Origin: Podarcis bocagei
Lineage: Eukaryota
Length of the DNA stretch: 64,000 nt
Direction: 5' to 3' (one strand)
Assembly: GCA_964188305.1 (NCBI GenBank)
Contig: OZ076898.1
This document shows positions 60,918 to 64,000 of the stretch, piece after piece. A model generated the notes under the pieces. The model searched no databases. It worked only from the letters and a program-made list of their open reading frames with translations, and was not told where the DNA came from. Both the position numbers and the translations under genes were made by a program. Each line of letters begins with the position of its first letter. Within the stretch, counting starts at the first letter, position 1.

Positions 60918-63025
60918 ATCATACCACTCTACTCCACAGATTTGGATTAAATTCTAGGCACCATCAGCTAACATACTTTAGACAATTCACTTCACATATA
61001 AGCATGCATTAGAAAACTTGATCAATCCAGTTCTGTCTCCAAGACATTAACATAGCTGAGACAAGAGCCCCTGGCTATTCTGGTGCCCCAGGCAGTTCCC
61101 TGATTTACCTCTAGGACTGTGTCAGCCCTTCAGACTGTGAGGTGCCAGTGACATCAACTAATACAACTGTGTGAAAACTGGTTAGTGCGAAAGATTCAAT
61201 TTTGAGAAGTATGTGTGCTTCCACTATTCCATCCTGAAACCACCACCAGCTTCCAAACTAACTGCCTGTCGAGCATTCATTCTGGATTGGTTTGCATGAC
61301 GTTTGTGGGAGATTATCCGTACGATATTGGCTGTTTATGGAGCATTCATTGAGATTTGTTTGTGAGGAGGTTATATCTTTCAACAAGCAAGTGTTATCCA
61401 ACACTTTCCAGTGCACTTTCCTGTCCCTTTCCTTGCTGCAAAAAGTTCAGTTTTTTGGGGGCTGGGGAGGGAAGTGGGTTTGTTGCACAAGAGCACCAAA
61501 TCCACTTTTATTGTGCAACCTGAATTTGCTGGTGTGTGATTGAATCCCACCCACAAAATAGTAGTAGCCAGGAAACTCCCTAGTTTGCAAGTCACAGCAG
61601 GACCAATGCTTGCAGCATTAGCACTCTTGAAGTCATTAAATTGAGCTGAATGGGATTTGGGGGAAAGAGTTTGCTTGAGAATCACATCACAAAAAGTCTT
61701 AATTTATATTTTCTTAGCTAGATAATCTTTTTCAACCTTTCCTTCTATGGATTCTGTTAAGTAACAGATGTAGGACACAAATGTTTTGTTTATACCTACC
61801 ATTGTAGGGGAAGTGAAAAGTTATTAGAGCAAGCTGTTAAATATTGGGGGATGGGGATTGTAGTTTTTGGTTTTCATGGTATCCACCAGCCGTCTTGAGC
61901 ACCATGCCAAATGACTGTGGCCTTTTGTATTTAAGGAAAGTACACTAGAGTGCTACTTTTCAAATTATTTTCAATAACATCTAAAGCAAAAGAAAGAAAT
62001 AAGATGTAGAATCATTGTAGGGATACTACTGGAAAACATAAATAATCAAAGTCAATGCTGTCAAGCATCCGTTTGCCAGAGCTACTTAAATTTCAGAAGC
62101 AGAATTTGAAAAATGTTTAGAATTCCAAGGAAGTCAAACTTGAAAACTGTTTTTCAGTTGTCAAATTTGACTAGCATTATTCTCCAGCTCTGCTATTGAA
62201 CAGGAGCCACGATCACATTAAATCTGGCTAGTGCAGAGTAGATTTCAGATTGCTGGCTAAAATTGTTTCTGGATCACAGTAGTGCTGGAAGATGGAGGCT
62301 GTCAGCCAGTGGCTCGGGGTCCCCTGAAAGATTCATGCCACTTGGGACACCCTGACAGCCAAGATGCCTGCTATTTATGCTTCTGTAGCTCCTTGCAGAG
62401 GGTGGAAAGAGGGCATCGTGTTCATTGAAACCACTATTTTCTAACATAATGAACTGTTCTTGCCCTTTAATGACCACAGCTGACTCTGCAAACAGTAACA
62501 GGGTCCTTCTGCATAGGACTGTTAATGCACAAGATGACTCTTCAGGGTATCAGGATGGTCATATGTGCTCCCATGTTCCAAGTCAATTTGCACATTCAAT
62601 ACCTTTCTGGATGGTCTCATAGCATCTGTCACAAGCCATGCATGGTCTGTAGCTTTTTGCAGGAAACCTGTAAGATTTTGTACCACAAACATTCTGATTT
62701 ATTATTTTTTGGGAGGGTGTGGGTTCTGCTTTTGTTGTGCTATAGCCCTGGCAATGTGCTGAACTAATTTTGCTTCTTTGTGGTGTACTTCACGGTGATG
62801 CTGAATACTGCCATTCTTTTTTGGGGGGATGGAAACAAGCAAAGGTTTAGCACAGCAATCATAGCCTTTATAGCTGTTTAAAAGTGTAACGGTGGTATAC
62901 AGCTGACTACACTTGAAGGAGTGGGAAAGGGAGAGAAGTTTGTGCTAGGGCATCCTGGCAATTTACTCAGTTAAAATTGTTTTTTAAAAAGAGGCAGGAG
63001 TAGGCGCACGTGCGTATGTCCGTAT

Positions 63026-63026
63026 G

Positions 63027-63061
<35 letters not shown>
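63026..63061. repeat. (CT)n(CA)n microsatellite
   Basis: Directly visible. Confidence 0.9.
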
Positions 63062-64000
63062 GTGCTCCATTGGTCCTTCCCGCTAGTTGCTTTTTCCTCT
63101 CTCTTGTCCATGCTGACTAATTCACTCTCACCCTCATCATTCACTTGCTTTCCTCCTCTCTCCAGCATGCTCTGAGCCATTCTGTGGGTCAAGCTCTCTG
63201 GGAGCAGGCATTGCACCATAATGCAGCTACCTTCCAGCTTGAAAAAAGAGGGGGGGGGTGCGCAGTAATTGTGTGAAAGCCTCTTGCAACCTGGCGTGCT
63301 GACAATTAACAGGGGTGGAGAAGATAAAACATTTGGATGCAGGATTCCAACCTTTCAGGCGCAGGTGGAGGAGAGTGGGGAGTGAACCTCATGCGGTTGG
63401 GGACAAGGCAGGAAGACCTCACAAACTCCAAATAAAACATATTTTTTCTGGAAAGAGGGGGGCATTTCTCCATAACTTTGGGAAGCTTTACAAATTGGAG
63501 CTTAATCTTGCTGAATCCCAGCCAGGGTGATATAGCACTATAGCTTATTCTAAAGAGCATGCAGGATGGTAGTCCATCGTAGTGCAACTAATTTCCATTA
63601 AAAGAAATATGGAGAGGAGGACAGATGGCAAGAACAGAAACAAAGGACTGGGTGGAGTCAAATGAGGACAGGGTAGAGTAGATAATGTGTCAGTATAGAA
63701 TAGTTGTCTGGAGGTGACATTACTCCTTCCCATGATCACTTCAGCAGAAAAATATTTCTCTTCTCAGTCACCAGGGTCAACTGGGTCGAGACTTAAGCAA
63801 AAAATAAAATATATACACTAGAACTAGCATGGTCTCTTTGTGATTAGTAGTTCTACTTACCTCATGGACTCTTTCTCAGCTTGACAAATATGAATAGTTC
63901 ATCCTTACCTTCTGATATTTAATCAGACATTACCTATGCAAGTCAGATTCTTTCTTGGACTTGATTTCCCATCTATCATAGACTCATATAGTTTGAAGGG

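Noticed and set aside
1-64000. CRISPR arrays, operons or other prokaryotic/phage systems; autonomous transposase or RT genes
   Set aside because: The sequence is intron-rich vertebrate DNA. No regularly spaced repeat-spacer array and no long transposase or RT ORF was seen.

Overview
Vertebrate genomic DNA from a squamate reptile, probably a lacertid lizard, judged from the Sauria/Squam-type SINE and the lizard-like MITE families. It is not prokaryotic, and almost all ORFs in the supplied track are spurious. Two + strand genes are present. (1) The 3' part of ATP6V0A1 (V-ATPase V0 subunit a1): 16 constitutive coding exons from 4244 to the TGA at 32750-32752. All have GT-AG boundaries, are phase-compatible and give 690 codons plus stop. 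Three in-frame optional modules are visible: a 21-nt alternative acceptor (AELHHQQ), a 75-nt cassette exon ([25 protein letters not shown], 17800-17874) and an 18-nt microexon (PAVEEV, 21887-21904). (2) The first coding exon of ASIC2a (47982-48545), followed by more than 15 kb of first intron. The non-coding DNA holds many hAT and Tc1/mariner MITEs, SINEs, LINE fragments and microsatellites. The most notable observations are: the 75-nt cassette exon; a dense TEAD (M-CAT)/E-box/CLEAR motif cluster in the last ATP6V0A1 intron; a MITE whose internal hairpin loop carries an exact 89-bp copy of DNA 2.4 kb upstream; a young CpG-rich hAT MITE within a nested TE pile; and the ATP6V0A1-ASIC2 adjacency, which differs from human. 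I found no convincing novel protein-coding system.
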